DNA from: a virus
Taxonomy: Duplodnaviria > Caudoviricetes
Virus record (IMG/VR): IMGVR_UViG_642918906_000001
Coordinates: 192,001-256,000 of that record
Reading direction: 5' to 3' (one strand)
DNA: 64,000 bases
The notes under the pieces were generated by a model. That model saw nothing but the letters and a program-made list of their open reading frames with translations. It searched no databases and was not told the DNA's origin. Shown one piece after another: positions 30,998 through 40,016 of the stretch; the first letter of the stretch is position 1, and each line of letters begins with the position of its first letter. The translations under genes and the position numbers were made by a program.

Positions 30998-32923
30998 TTA
31001 CGGAATGCGTGTTGTACTAGATGCACCGATTTGCCACCACGTACTGTCACGCGTGTTGAAAGCATGACGTCCAACGTTGAACAACAAGTTGGCTGTTTGT
31101 GGATGCTTGACCCAAACCATAGGTAGGTCATCCCAATAGTAAACATCGTTAGTTGCAGCAACTAACACCGCATCACCTTTCGCTCCAGTTGCTGGAGTAT
31201 TAGACATCCACTCGGTAGTCGTCGCATAGATCTTCAGTCGAATAGGGCGTAGTCTTGAATTAGCTACAAAAGCTAATCTTGATTTACCCATAAACTTCCA
31301 AGTATAACTGGTAGGAGAACTACCTAGGTTTTCAGCGTCATGGTAGAACTGATCACAAAAAGATTGTAGATCAGTTTTAATAGTAGGGATACTACTAATA
31401 CCGGTGTAGTATGGGTGACCCCTTACTGACTTGATAAACTCGCTTAACGTACCTGAGTTAACATAGTACGTTTCTGGTGCCGATACGTTTATAGTAGTAC
31501 TGATAGAATACTCAAACGGATCAGTTATCTTAAATGTGATTACGTCACCACTAACAGCACCTAGAGGACATCCAGCACCGGTAAATGGTTGATACGATGT
31601 GACCCCTTCAAGACTTCTGAAATACCCTTGCAGAATACCGTTCTTAAGGATCTCACCGGAATAAGTCTGTGTAACACCTGCACCAGGAAACAGAGATAGA
31701 TCGATACCACGTTTGTAAGTAGTCTGTGGTGATCCCACGGTTCGACCGAGGCTATCCCTCAGTATAATGACACTAGGGTCGATTACTTGGAACAACATTG
31801 GTTTAGTTAAGATCGTACCATCGTCCAATTGCACCAGTACGTTAACCCGATAAGTACCAGCTGTATTCATCGGTACAACTAGGGGTTGATCTGGATCAAC
31901 TTCTTCGTTGGTATATAGTTCAGGCATTACCAGTGATTCAGATGCACCCGCGAATATGTAGGCTGTATCAGGTAATCCGTTTAACAATGGGTGAGATTCA
32001 GGGGGACCTGGATAACCGATCTGACGTTTGATCTCGGATACCAACACAGGTTGTCGGTCGACGTTACCTGAAAAATAGCAGCCATATTCTTTTGCTAGTC
32101 GTGTAGCATCGGCACCAAAAACAAACCCACGGGCTAATGCGTCGGCCACACTAGTGAAGTTGTCATTACAGTGGTCAGTGATAATAGCGATACCATTACC
32201 TGCTGTCCGATAAGCAGCGAGTTCCTTAGCAAACCGTTCAGTGACATGCGTTTCAGACGGTGACTGAGTAGCGTATAAACCAAAGAATACCACGGTCGCA
32301 AATTGATCCAGATAATCAAATGTGAAGTCAATTTTAGAGCTATTGTCAGGTAAGTCGTAATAGGTCGGTGTCCAATTACCAGCCTGACAGATACCATCTA
32401 ATGTATCCCTAAAACCATTATCTGCTCGGGCACCACCTTGATTCTGATAATGTGAATCGGTCAATACAAACGAATAACCTTTAACCGAGTTGCCGATAAA
32501 CAACACCTTGCGGTTACCGGCGGCGACCTTACGTGGGTTAGCACAAAAGTTAAGTCCGTTATAAAGGTACTTCTGTGCCGGGGTTAATGTCGCAAATGTG
32601 TTTGGGTTTACTGCTGGATACGTTCCGCCATTGTTAGCAGCAATCTGATCATTATAAAATTTAGGGAACCCGCCATCGTAAATTACGTTACCGCGACCAT
32701 CTTGCGTAACAGCTAGGAATGGTCGATCGATAGTGGGTCCAGCCGGATCACCTGGCGGTACAGGTGTAATAGGACCCGTGTCGTATGCGAGGATCTCAGT
32801 CAATACAGGCGACCGTTCATTTCGAGTAACAATCGCCCTTCGTGTATTAGCTGGGAACGTCACAGTTAACGTCTGACCCGTGGTGTAGTAACCCGGTTGA
32901 ATTGACGTACTGATCTCAGCCAT
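30998..32923 (-). CDS. putative virion structural / tail-associated protein
   Basis: 641 aa, Thr/Pro/Gly- and beta-rich, DGGFPKFYN motif, GGAG RBS, late-orientation cluster. Confidence 0.6.
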   Translation of the reverse strand: MAEISTSIQPGYYTTGQTLTVTFPANTRRAIVTRNERSPVLTEILAYDTGPITPVPPGDPAGPTIDRPFLAVTQDGRGNVIYDGGFPKFYNDQIAANNGGTYPAVNPNTFATLTPAQKYLYNGLNFCANPRKVAAGNRKVLFIGNSVKGYSFVLTDSHYQNQGGARADNGFRDTLDGICQAGNWTPTYYDLPDNSSKIDFTFDYLDQFATVVFFGLYATQSPSETHVTERFAKELAAYRTAGNGIAIITDHCNDNFTSVADALARGFVFGADATRLAKEYGCYFSGNVDRQPVLVSEIKRQIGYPGPPESHPLLNGLPDTAYIFAGASESLVMPELYTNEEVDPDQPLVVPMNTAGTYRVNVLVQLDDGTILTKPMLFQVIDPSVIILRDSLGRTVGSPQTTYKRGIDLSLFPGAGVTQTYSGEILKNGILQGYFRSLEGVTSYQPFTGAGCPLGAVSGDVITFKITDPFEYSISTTINVSAPETYYVNSGTLSEFIKSVRGHPYYTGISSIPTIKTDLQSFCDQFYHDAENLGSSPTSYTWKFMGKSRLAFVANSRLRPIRLKIYATTTEWMSNTPATGAKGDAVLVAATNDVYYWDDLPMVWVKHPQTANLLFNVGRHAFNTRDSTWWQIGASSTTRIP

Positions 32924-32936
32924 GATTTAACTCCAC

Positions 32937-33305
32937 TTAGATCTTAACAGGCATCGTGATGCGAGCATAGTAAGTAACTGGACCAGTAGCAAAGTTACTC
33001 TTAATAACCAGTTTACCGTCGGCCTGGATTTGATAGGTCAATACACCACTGGCTTCAACCACTGGCGGGTTAGTTCCAACAGTAGGGTCAACCATTGAGA
33101 GTTGAACACCTAAAGAGTAGACATGGTATTGAGCAGCAGTAAAACCTAGTTCGGTTGGAGCGTCAATTACGATTTGACCGTTGGCAGGAACACTACCAGT
33201 TTTATAACGGAAGCTTGCACTACCGCCAGAAACAACCGCGGCTTTAACTTTTGCAAAGTAAGCTGCCATTTGTGCTAGCATGTAAGCCTTAGCAGTTTGA
33301 CTCAT
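32937..33305 (-). CDS. putative virion structural protein
   Basis: GAGGTGA RBS, beta-rich 122 aa. Confidence 0.6.
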   Translation of the reverse strand: MSQTAKAYMLAQMAAYFAKVKAAVVSGGSASFRYKTGSVPANGQIVIDAPTELGFTAAQYHVYSLGVQLSMVDPTVGTNPPVVEASGVLTYQIQADGKLVIKSNFATGPVTYYARITMPVKI

Positions 33306-33315
33306 AAGTCACCTC

Positions 33316-35448
33316 TTATCGCATATATGCGGGTACGTTTGGTTTAAGGATAGCCTTGGGTAAAGTGAACTCATTGATATCAATTTCAATACCGTATTGT
33401 TCAAATGCCTTAGAAAGGATACCGTGTAGGATTTTGTTTTCGTCGAAGTATTCGGGTTTGAAGTCTTCGGCAGCAACGTTGGTAAACACGTCACCTTCTA
33501 ACATAGGGGCTTCAATCCCCATGATTTCTGCGACTTGCGACTGTGACCACGCCAAGATGTCTGCACTACGAGTAGAGATGTTTGGAATCTCACCAGTATC
33601 GAGTGTGCATTGATACACATAGGTTTGAGAGTCTTGACCTAATCGATAGATCCGTGAGATCGCCTGTTCCAGAATGTAGGCACGGAAAGGAGAGTTCAAC
33701 AGAATCATGGTGTCGGCAATGGTAAGTCGTACACCCGTAGACAACGAAGCATATGTAGCGAGTAATGGATTAAGATCTTTCTCGGCGTCAAACCTTTTAA
33801 CGTGCAAAGGTAGTTCGTTGGTATTCTTACCGTAAACCACCAAAGGTGTCATACCCAGTTTAATCGTAACCTGTTCCGCTGCATCCACCGCCTCAACGAA
33901 GCTTGTGAACATGATCGTTTTCTTTTCGGTGGACTCGGTAATACCAACCCAGTCAATGTAAGGTACCATAGCTACGTTAGCTTCGATACGCATACCACCA
34001 ACAACACGACCTAGTACTTCACCTTGGATTTTGAGGTTAACATATTTAACCACTGACTTAATGTCGCGGAAGTCTTTAACCATGGTCTGCGGAAGAAGTT
34101 TCTCGAAGATGTCTTTCTCATAAGCGTTTGCCCTCTTCATTTCATCACCTAGGTATCTAGGATCAGGAGTACGGGAGATCAAATGGACTGTATGCAAGTA
34201 CTCATCAAACTGAATCAATGCCTGGCGGTCTTTAAGCTTACTACGGGCGATCTTGATGAAGTTCTCCCACTTACGCATGTCTGTGTCACGTCGCTTCTGG
34301 TAATACGCTGTACGCTCTTTAATGAAGGCTTCCATCATCTTACGGATAGCTGGGAGAGTAAAGCGCTCACCATCGGGTACCTTAATTGGATAAGGTCTCA
34401 TGATTGGAGGCAATAAAGATTCATCAGCTTCAGACTTCTCGACTTTATAACTAACCAGTCCTAAACGATGGCGGATGATATCTAAACCTTTAGAGGCTTC
34501 TTTACCATACATCTTCTTGAACTTAGCTTCTACCGCTGGAGTGAACAATGGATCAACTACACGAAGCAGGGTAATGATCTCGGCACCCAAAGCTTTTACT
34601 GGGGTACCAGAACCTTGGATGTTATTCTCGGAATCCAACAACTTAACCAAGGACTGATAGAGCATACTACGGGCTGAGTTGGGATCGTTCATGTTGTGTG
34701 ATTCATCTAGAATCGTAACAATCTTCTTCCCTTGGTAAACACTAGGATCTTGAAATAGTTCTTGTAGCTTAGACATTGCATCGTAGTGACACATAATCCA
34801 ACGCTGTCCTTCATAAGCCATCGGCTCGCCGCTATGCCAGATTGACTGCGGTGACTTGAACATCTCATTAACCGATTCAACCCATACTGATTCCAATACG
34901 GCTTTAGGACAGAACACTACAATCAACTCCGCCCCCAGCATTTCGGCCAGTGCTGACATCGAATAGGTCTTACCTGTACCTGCCGCGGCAGCGATCAGGT
35001 CACCTTTAAGGTTGTACTGATCTAAACGGTAACTATAGTTCTTGAAATACTCCATCTGGTAGGGCTTAGGTGTAAAGTGTAAGTTCTTCAACTTACGGAA
35101 ATCTAACCGTCCTTTAATGGTAGTAGTGTCAGGAGGGATAGTTCCTTTCAACCACGTATGTTCGTTGAGACCTTCGATTATTCCATTAATAGCCCGGATA
35201 CTCGTCCATCGATGGCGGTATTTCTTTATGCCGTCAAGGATATAAGCAATCTCTGGGGCAAAGAACTTATAAAAGCTAAACGAGTTACCACTGACGGTAT
35301 TGAAGATGTTCTGCGTGATACGGGTGGTCTTCCAGTGCTTATCCATGTCACGGACGATGTCTTTAGCACGAATACCAGATACCACGATTTCAGTGTTAGT
35401 TTCCTTTACGGTCACTCCACCGAATACGTTTCGGAATTGGTCTAACAT
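33316..35448 (-). CDS. SF2 (SNF2-like) DNA helicase
   Basis: Walker A AAAGTGKT, DESH, SGTP, TGVRL and QAISRIYRLGQ motifs. Confidence 0.9.
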   Translation of the reverse strand: MLDQFRNVFGGVTVKETNTEIVVSGIRAKDIVRDMDKHWKTTRITQNIFNTVSGNSFSFYKFFAPEIAYILDGIKKYRHRWTSIRAINGIIEGLNEHTWLKGTIPPDTTTIKGRLDFRKLKNLHFTPKPYQMEYFKNYSYRLDQYNLKGDLIAAAAGTGKTYSMSALAEMLGAELIVVFCPKAVLESVWVESVNEMFKSPQSIWHSGEPMAYEGQRWIMCHYDAMSKLQELFQDPSVYQGKKIVTILDESHNMNDPNSARSMLYQSLVKLLDSENNIQGSGTPVKALGAEIITLLRVVDPLFTPAVEAKFKKMYGKEASKGLDIIRHRLGLVSYKVEKSEADESLLPPIMRPYPIKVPDGERFTLPAIRKMMEAFIKERTAYYQKRRDTDMRKWENFIKIARSKLKDRQALIQFDEYLHTVHLISRTPDPRYLGDEMKRANAYEKDIFEKLLPQTMVKDFRDIKSVVKYVNLKIQGEVLGRVVGGMRIEANVAMVPYIDWVGITESTEKKTIMFTSFVEAVDAAEQVTIKLGMTPLVVYGKNTNELPLHVKRFDAEKDLNPLLATYASLSTGVRLTIADTMILLNSPFRAYILEQAISRIYRLGQDSQTYVYQCTLDTGEIPNISTRSADILAWSQSQVAEIMGIEAPMLEGDVFTNVAAEDFKPEYFDENKILHGILSKAFEQYGIEIDINEFTLPKAILKPNVPAYMR

Positions 35449-35522
35449 GTTGGTAATCTCGAAATAATAATCATAAAATGATGGGTCAGCAGTACATCTA
35501 TTATTAGAAGCCTTTTAAAGAG

Positions 35523-35537
35523 TATATTACACTCGTG
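35523..35537 (+). promoter_or_regulatory. phiKZ-type early promoter
   Basis: TATATTAC-actcg-TG. Confidence 0.7.
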
Positions 35538-35566
35538 AATTAGCTATAACCAATAGGAGTACAAAC

Positions 35567-35860
35567 ATGTGGAATACAATGGAAGAGTTGAACCGGTCGT
35601 TTGCTAAAGGCTTTGCTGTGGCAGCAGTTGCCTGTTCGGCCATTAGTTTTGGTATTGCTTACTACGTCAGTAAGCTACCTGACCCACTCCAACTCTTTTC
35701 GGTAACCAGTACTGAAACTGGTATCGTGTATATGGTAGTTGCCATGTACGAAGAAGATGTAGCTGATATCATGGCTAAGCAGTCTGTAGTGTATACCGAT
35801 ATCCAACACATCGGTGTAGCTTTGGATAATGCTAAAGCTGGTGATATAGTCGTACTTTAA
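35567..35860 (+). CDS. hypothetical membrane-anchored protein
   Basis: AGGAG RBS, N-terminal TM segment. Confidence 0.7.
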   Translation: MWNTMEELNRSFAKGFAVAAVACSAISFGIAYYVSKLPDPLQLFSVTSTETGIVYMVVAMYEEDVADIMAKQSVVYTDIQHIGVALDNAKAGDIVVL

Positions 35861-35967
35861 ATCTACTGGATAAACCAATGCTAAGGAGGGGGAGTTCCTC
35901 CCATTGGTTTATTTAAAAACTATTAGCGTTAGCTAATATCCTTATTCGCTCTTAGAGGTACCATGCA

Positions 35968-36141
35968 ATGGGACGTAATTACATCTATATCGTGACTAAC
36001 GAGAACGGTATAAGCATTACAGTGATTGCAGAGTCAGCTGACAAAGCGAATGACTTTGTAGAACTGGCTGGACATGAAGCAGTGGAGACTCGTGAGGTGG
36101 GTAAAGCTCATCCGGGTTGCGCAGCAGGTATCGTTGACTAA
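35968..36141 (+). CDS. small hypothetical protein (57 aa, not in ORF track), paralogue of upstream gene C-terminus
   Basis: GAGGT RBS; MGRNYIYIVTNENGISITVIAESADK...VGKAHPGCAAGIVD. Confidence 0.65.
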   Translation: MGRNYIYIVTNENGISITVIAESADKANDFVELAGHEAVETREVGKAHPGCAAGIVD

Positions 36142-36152
36142 GGAGCCCCAAC

Positions 36153-36512
36153 ATGGGACTTAAGTTAAAAGTTCTTCGTGAAGACACCACAGCGTGGATC
36201 GTTAAGTGGCTTGCAGACCACACTAACAAATCCAATATCGAGGTAGAACGTAAGTACTTTGACAACCCGCTGAAGCATTACATGCAGTTCACCAATTCTG
36301 AAACGAATCGCACGGTAAAGCTCAGAGCGAAGCCTGAGTATTATCTGGTGCACTTCATGGATCATCGGATCGATGGATACTTTCATTTGAACTTAGACTA
36401 CAATCGACCTGTGTCGGAAGCAGCTGAGATCATTCTGAAATACCTGACCAGTGATCTGCAACAAGAACAATTTAAGGATTGGGTGAAAGCTCTTATCCTT
36501 ACAGTAGACTAA
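36153..36512 (+). CDS. hypothetical protein
   Basis: AAGGAG RBS. Confidence 0.75.
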   Translation: MGLKLKVLREDTTAWIVKWLADHTNKSNIEVERKYFDNPLKHYMQFTNSETNRTVKLRAKPEYYLVHFMDHRIDGYFHLNLDYNRPVSEAAEIILKYLTSDLQQEQFKDWVKALILTVD

Positions 36513-36523
36513 GGAGTAGCAGG

Positions 36524-36946
36524 ATGGATAAGTCTAAAATCATTGAAACCGTTAAAGCATTCTGTGCTAAACAAGAATTCCCAATTGAGCGATTGGTATT
36601 GGGTTTTGAAACAGCAGCTGTGATGCATGGTCTGCAACGTGGTACTGGTGTTATCCACGCTGAAGTTGATGACCGTGACTTCGAATGGGTTTGGTGCATG
36701 ACTGACAGCCCACCAGGTCGTGGTCTGATGGGTCAGAACATCACCGTTGATGGTGTAACATTCCACGTCGGCATAGCTGGTCATAATGCCAGCCTGATCG
36801 ATGGCGTGATGGTAGTGAGTAAGACACGGTTGTGGGAACAATGTACACTACCGCACATCCAACGTGACTGTGTTCCAGCAATGATTAAGATGTACCAGTC
36901 GATCGCATATGAGTTGATCAAACCTGGTTATCCTGAAGCAGAATAA
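36524..36946 (+). CDS. hypothetical protein, degenerate nucleotidyltransferase-like
   Basis: AAGGAG RBS; LVLGFETAAVMHGLQRGTGVIHAEV resembles the GxxALxxHGxRxxTxDxD motif without the aspartates. Confidence 0.6.
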   Translation: MDKSKIIETVKAFCAKQEFPIERLVLGFETAAVMHGLQRGTGVIHAEVDDRDFEWVWCMTDSPPGRGLMGQNITVDGVTFHVGIAGHNASLIDGVMVVSKTRLWEQCTLPHIQRDCVPAMIKMYQSIAYELIKPGYPEAE

Positions 36947-36974
36947 AAGCTAGCTCCCTTCGGGGAGCAGCTTT
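36947..36974 (+). terminator. intrinsic terminator
   Basis: GCTCCC-TTCG-GGGAGC with extended stem and T tract. Confidence 0.85.
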
Positions 36975-37010
36975 CTTATTTTCTTTTTTGTTAAATTATA
37001 CTTGGTGCAT

Positions 37011-37025
37011 GATATTATAGTCATG
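37011..37025 (+). promoter_or_regulatory. early-type promoter variant
   Basis: GATATTAT-agtca-TG has the same spacing as TATATTAC-N5-TG; also reads as an extended -10 TGnTATTAT. Confidence 0.45.
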
Positions 37026-37198
37026 AAGGCAGTCCGTGCAAAAACGCACTGCATACGAGGGGGTGATCCAGCCATAGGTGACCTGGTACGATAAAGCATC
37101 GGCGAGAGCTAACGCGAGTACCTAACTACGAGCCTTGTGACTATCGTTGGCACTATTCTAACCGACGGGTATCGAGCCAGCCTTCGGGTTGGCTTTAT
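37025..37198 (+). ncRNA. candidate structured non-coding RNA
   Basis: Lies between a promoter-like motif and its own terminator; no ORF with RBS; several nested helices. Confidence 0.45.
37175..37194 (+). terminator. intrinsic terminator
   Basis: AGCCAGCC-TTCG-GGTTGGCT followed by TTATGCC. Confidence 0.8.
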
Positions 37199-37265
37199 GC
37201 CGTTAAACAATACTGAGGTAGACATAATCTGTAGGTAATGTTGCCTACTTAACCGAGTAAATAAC

Positions 37266-37991
37266 ATGACTAATGTTGCTACAATTAATAGTCTGATCAA
37301 GACTACAATACAAGCAGTGTTTGACGCAGCGCCAGAACCAGTGTTTAATCCAAGTAGTGTCGAGTATCTGATGGATCGACGAACCACTGGCTTCACCGTA
37401 CCTAAAGATCTCGTTGATTACACACTGTTTAAAGAAGAACTAGTAAACCCCAGTATCAAGGCAATCGTGGTTGTACCTAACCTAGACGACTGGGCTACCA
37501 TTCGAGATACCTTCACCCACGGCCTTGGTCAAGATCCTAAGTTCCGTGTTTATGATACAGAAGGTCAAGTCATCGATGCTTACAACTTCGGTAGTAAGTC
37601 TCACCTCAAATTAGCTAAGTTGTTGAAGATCGATCCAGAGCTTAAAGAGATCGTAAAAACTTCACACATTACTTTTGTAGCTAACGGTGAAGAACGTGAG
37701 GTACCGAGAGGCTTTGTGTTTGAATACCACGCCGAGCGGAATGGGTTCATCATCAAACAAGTGTTGGCTAGGTATCTTGGTCAGGTTAGGATGGTAAATG
37801 AAATCGTCTCTAACATTAATAACGATACACCTGCAATAGCAACCTTGAAAAAGGATGATCCACGTGAGCCACTTGATTTGGTAGTGGTCTATAATTCACG
37901 TAAGTTCTTTGATAAGGTACGTATCAATAAGTTTTACACGTGGTTGTCTACTCAGGCCCATGGTAAGACAAAGATCGTTTTTATCAACTGA
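37266..37991 (+). CDS. hypothetical protein
   Basis: 241-aa ORF flanked by terminators. Confidence 0.75.
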   Translation: MTNVATINSLIKTTIQAVFDAAPEPVFNPSSVEYLMDRRTTGFTVPKDLVDYTLFKEELVNPSIKAIVVVPNLDDWATIRDTFTHGLGQDPKFRVYDTEGQVIDAYNFGSKSHLKLAKLLKIDPELKEIVKTSHITFVANGEEREVPRGFVFEYHAERNGFIIKQVLARYLGQVRMVNEIVSNINNDTPAIATLKKDDPREPLDLVVVYNSRKFFDKVRINKFYTWLSTQAHGKTKIVFIN

Positions 37992-37996
37992 GTTAT

Positions 37997-38023
37997 TAAA
38001 GCCTGAGCATTGCTCAGGCTTTA
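37997..38023 (+). terminator. intrinsic terminator
   Basis: TAAAGCCTGAGC-ATT-GCTCAGGCTTTA. Confidence 0.75.
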
Positions 38024-38042
38024 TACCGCCAATACAAATAAT

Positions 38043-38065
38043 CTCAGATTTATATTACTAGAGTG
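38043..38065 (+). promoter_or_regulatory. phiKZ-type early promoter
   Basis: CTCAGATT-TATATTAC-tagag-TG. Confidence 0.75.
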
Positions 38066-38087
38066 TATTTAAATTGGAGCCTTAAGT

Positions 38088-38552
38088 ATGACTAGCAGTA
38101 AAAAGGAAACACGCCTCTCAGATTGGGGTTTCATCATTGTAATGGTTATCATGTCATGCTGGTCTACCTATGTCTGGCAAAATAACGAATACATGAGATA
38201 TCGTGATGTACCCGTTACCTACATCGACCGTCATGAAACTCGAAGCTGTCATAAAGGTAGTTGTAAAGATAACCTAATTGGTTTATTCAAGACCGATGAC
38301 GGTGTATTCTTTGAACGTTACATCGGGCTGTATACGTACCAACAAATGCATCTGGGTGAAAAGTTTGAACTGAACCTTCGCCAGATGGATATCAAACAAA
38401 CCGAACGGGATAACATCCTCTGGCTGTTTGGTCCGATTTTAGTTTATGCTGTGACATTCATCATGTGGGTTTTATTCATCTTTGCAAATATCCTCGAGCT
38501 AATCGAGCGAAATAAATCTAAGAAGGCCAAACAAAATGCAAATCACCGGTAA
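38088..38552 (+). CDS. membrane protein (2 TM)
   Basis: Two hydrophobic segments flanking a CHKGSC-containing loop. Confidence 0.7.
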   Translation: MTSSKKETRLSDWGFIIVMVIMSCWSTYVWQNNEYMRYRDVPVTYIDRHETRSCHKGSCKDNLIGLFKTDDGVFFERYIGLYTYQQMHLGEKFELNLRQMDIKQTERDNILWLFGPILVYAVTFIMWVLFIFANILELIERNKSKKAKQNANHR

Positions 38553-38883
38553 ACTGGATGTAGATTTCCTTAACCTCGGTTACGATCGTAGCATTAATGA
38601 AAACCTTAGTGGTGAGGAATACCTACGGGTTGATCGTTGCTGGAATATTTACTACCATGGGTTTATGGATGAGTTTGATGACATCGCTTACGTGAAAGGT
38701 AATGTATCAATCGAACCCGGTATCTACGAAGTGGTTACCTATGGTATTCCAGCTATTTTATTCTTGTGGCGCTTTACCCATGACCACCATCGTGACCTGA
38801 AAGGACTGATTGTTAAAGTGGGTGACGACGATATGATGAAAGACGCTTATCAGAAGTGGTTTAACCACGAATACTTTATCTGA
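38536..38883 (+). CDS. hypothetical protein
   Basis: Coupled ORF. Confidence 0.7.
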   Translation: MQITGKLDVDFLNLGYDRSINENLSGEEYLRVDRCWNIYYHGFMDEFDDIAYVKGNVSIEPGIYEVVTYGIPAILFLWRFTHDHHRDLKGLIVKVGDDDMMKDAYQKWFNHEYFI

Positions 38884-38891
38884 GGTTAGTT

Positions 38892-39290
38892 ATGTCTATT
38901 GAAAACACCGCACTGAGTGACCGTGGTTTTAAAGGTGGTAAGTTCACTGACCGTTACGGTGAGGAATGCTCTATCCAGGAATCATCCATTTGCGCAGTTG
39001 AAGGTGATGGCGAAGGCTGGTGTATTTGGCTCGGTGTAGATAAGCCTAAATGTACTCAACTCATACCCGGTCAAGGTTGGACCGATGTACCCATCCCGGA
39101 AGACGCACTCCATTCTGGACGCATGCATTTGTCTCAACGTCAAGTAGGTGAGTTGATCCCACATCTGCAATACTTCGTTGAAACTGGTTATCTACCAACT
39201 CCCGAACAACACGATGAGTTCGTTAAGCATCTTGATGACAATCGCGTTCAAGACATTATTAATGATTTCTTTTCAGAGGTATCTAACTAA
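38892..39290 (+). CDS. conserved phage hypothetical protein
   Basis: GAGGT RBS; RGF..F.DRYG..CSIQESS..IWLG..RMHL pattern. Confidence 0.75.
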   Translation: MSIENTALSDRGFKGGKFTDRYGEECSIQESSICAVEGDGEGWCIWLGVDKPKCTQLIPGQGWTDVPIPEDALHSGRMHLSQRQVGELIPHLQYFVETGYLPTPEQHDEFVKHLDDNRVQDIINDFFSEVSN

Positions 39291-39601
39291 TGGAATATTC
39301 GGCACGCATTGATCGTATTAATGTTGTACGCTTTAAACAACTTAAAGGTGGTCGAGTTATCATCCGAAATCACCGTACTCTAAAATGTAATGCACCCATC
39401 ATACCTGATGAAAACGGGGTCGCTAAAGTACGCATTAATACCAGTCAGTTCGAAGTGACTATGTCTGGTACTATGAAAGGTGAAATAATTAACATGACGG
39501 CCACCTCGCCACTGATCGTTAAAACAAAGTTTTTGAAAAAGGGTTTTAAAACTGTGATGGCCTATGGCCTGCGAACTAATAAAACTAACACGGGTCATTG
39601 A
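39290..39601 (+). CDS. hypothetical basic protein
   Basis: GAGGT RBS, coupled. Confidence 0.65.
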   Translation: MEYSARIDRINVVRFKQLKGGRVIIRNHRTLKCNAPIIPDENGVAKVRINTSQFEVTMSGTMKGEIINMTATSPLIVKTKFLKKGFKTVMAYGLRTNKTNTGH

Positions 39602-39605
39602 TAGC

Positions 39606-40007
39606 ATGAAATCTAATTCGGGATTTAGGATTGAAGTCTCTCCAAACACTAAGCTCGGTAAGCGATTGATTAGCCTAAGTGTACACCTACGTAATCGTAG
39701 TGACGCTGTTAGGATCACCCGTAAGATACTTGTGTACGTGAAAGGCCTAGGTGTGGTGGCAGGTAAGTGGACTGTTCGACAGTCTGGCGCAATCAGCTTT
39801 AAAGGTATTACATCGGAATGCGGTGAGATTGAATACATTTATGGTAAACTGACCATCGGTTTGAATCTTAACTCACCGGGTCATCAGGTATGGCTGCCTC
39901 GTGACAAGACAATCCGATTGATGTCGCAGTTGATTGTTACAGCTTTCCCACATGTCAATTACAATTTGACTGAACGTGATCTCAATTCAAAACTAATCAT
40001 TCGTTAA
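39606..40007 (+). CDS. hypothetical basic protein
   Basis: ATG at 39606 after the upstream stop. Confidence 0.6.
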   Translation: MKSNSGFRIEVSPNTKLGKRLISLSVHLRNRSDAVRITRKILVYVKGLGVVAGKWTVRQSGAISFKGITSECGEIEYIYGKLTIGLNLNSPGHQVWLPRDKTIRLMSQLIVTAFPHVNYNLTERDLNSKLIIR

Positions 40008-40016
40008 GGAATTACA

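Noticed and set aside
37023-37094. 23-codon ORF MKAVRAKTHCIRGGDPAIGDLVR
   Set aside because: No RBS and the ATG overlaps the predicted transcription start; a leaderless peptide cannot be fully excluded
37025-37198. tRNA, tmRNA, retron msr-msd or known ribozyme identity for the ncRNA candidate
   Set aside because: No T-loop or CCA cloverleaf, no tag reading frame, no reverse transcriptase in the window, no hammerhead core
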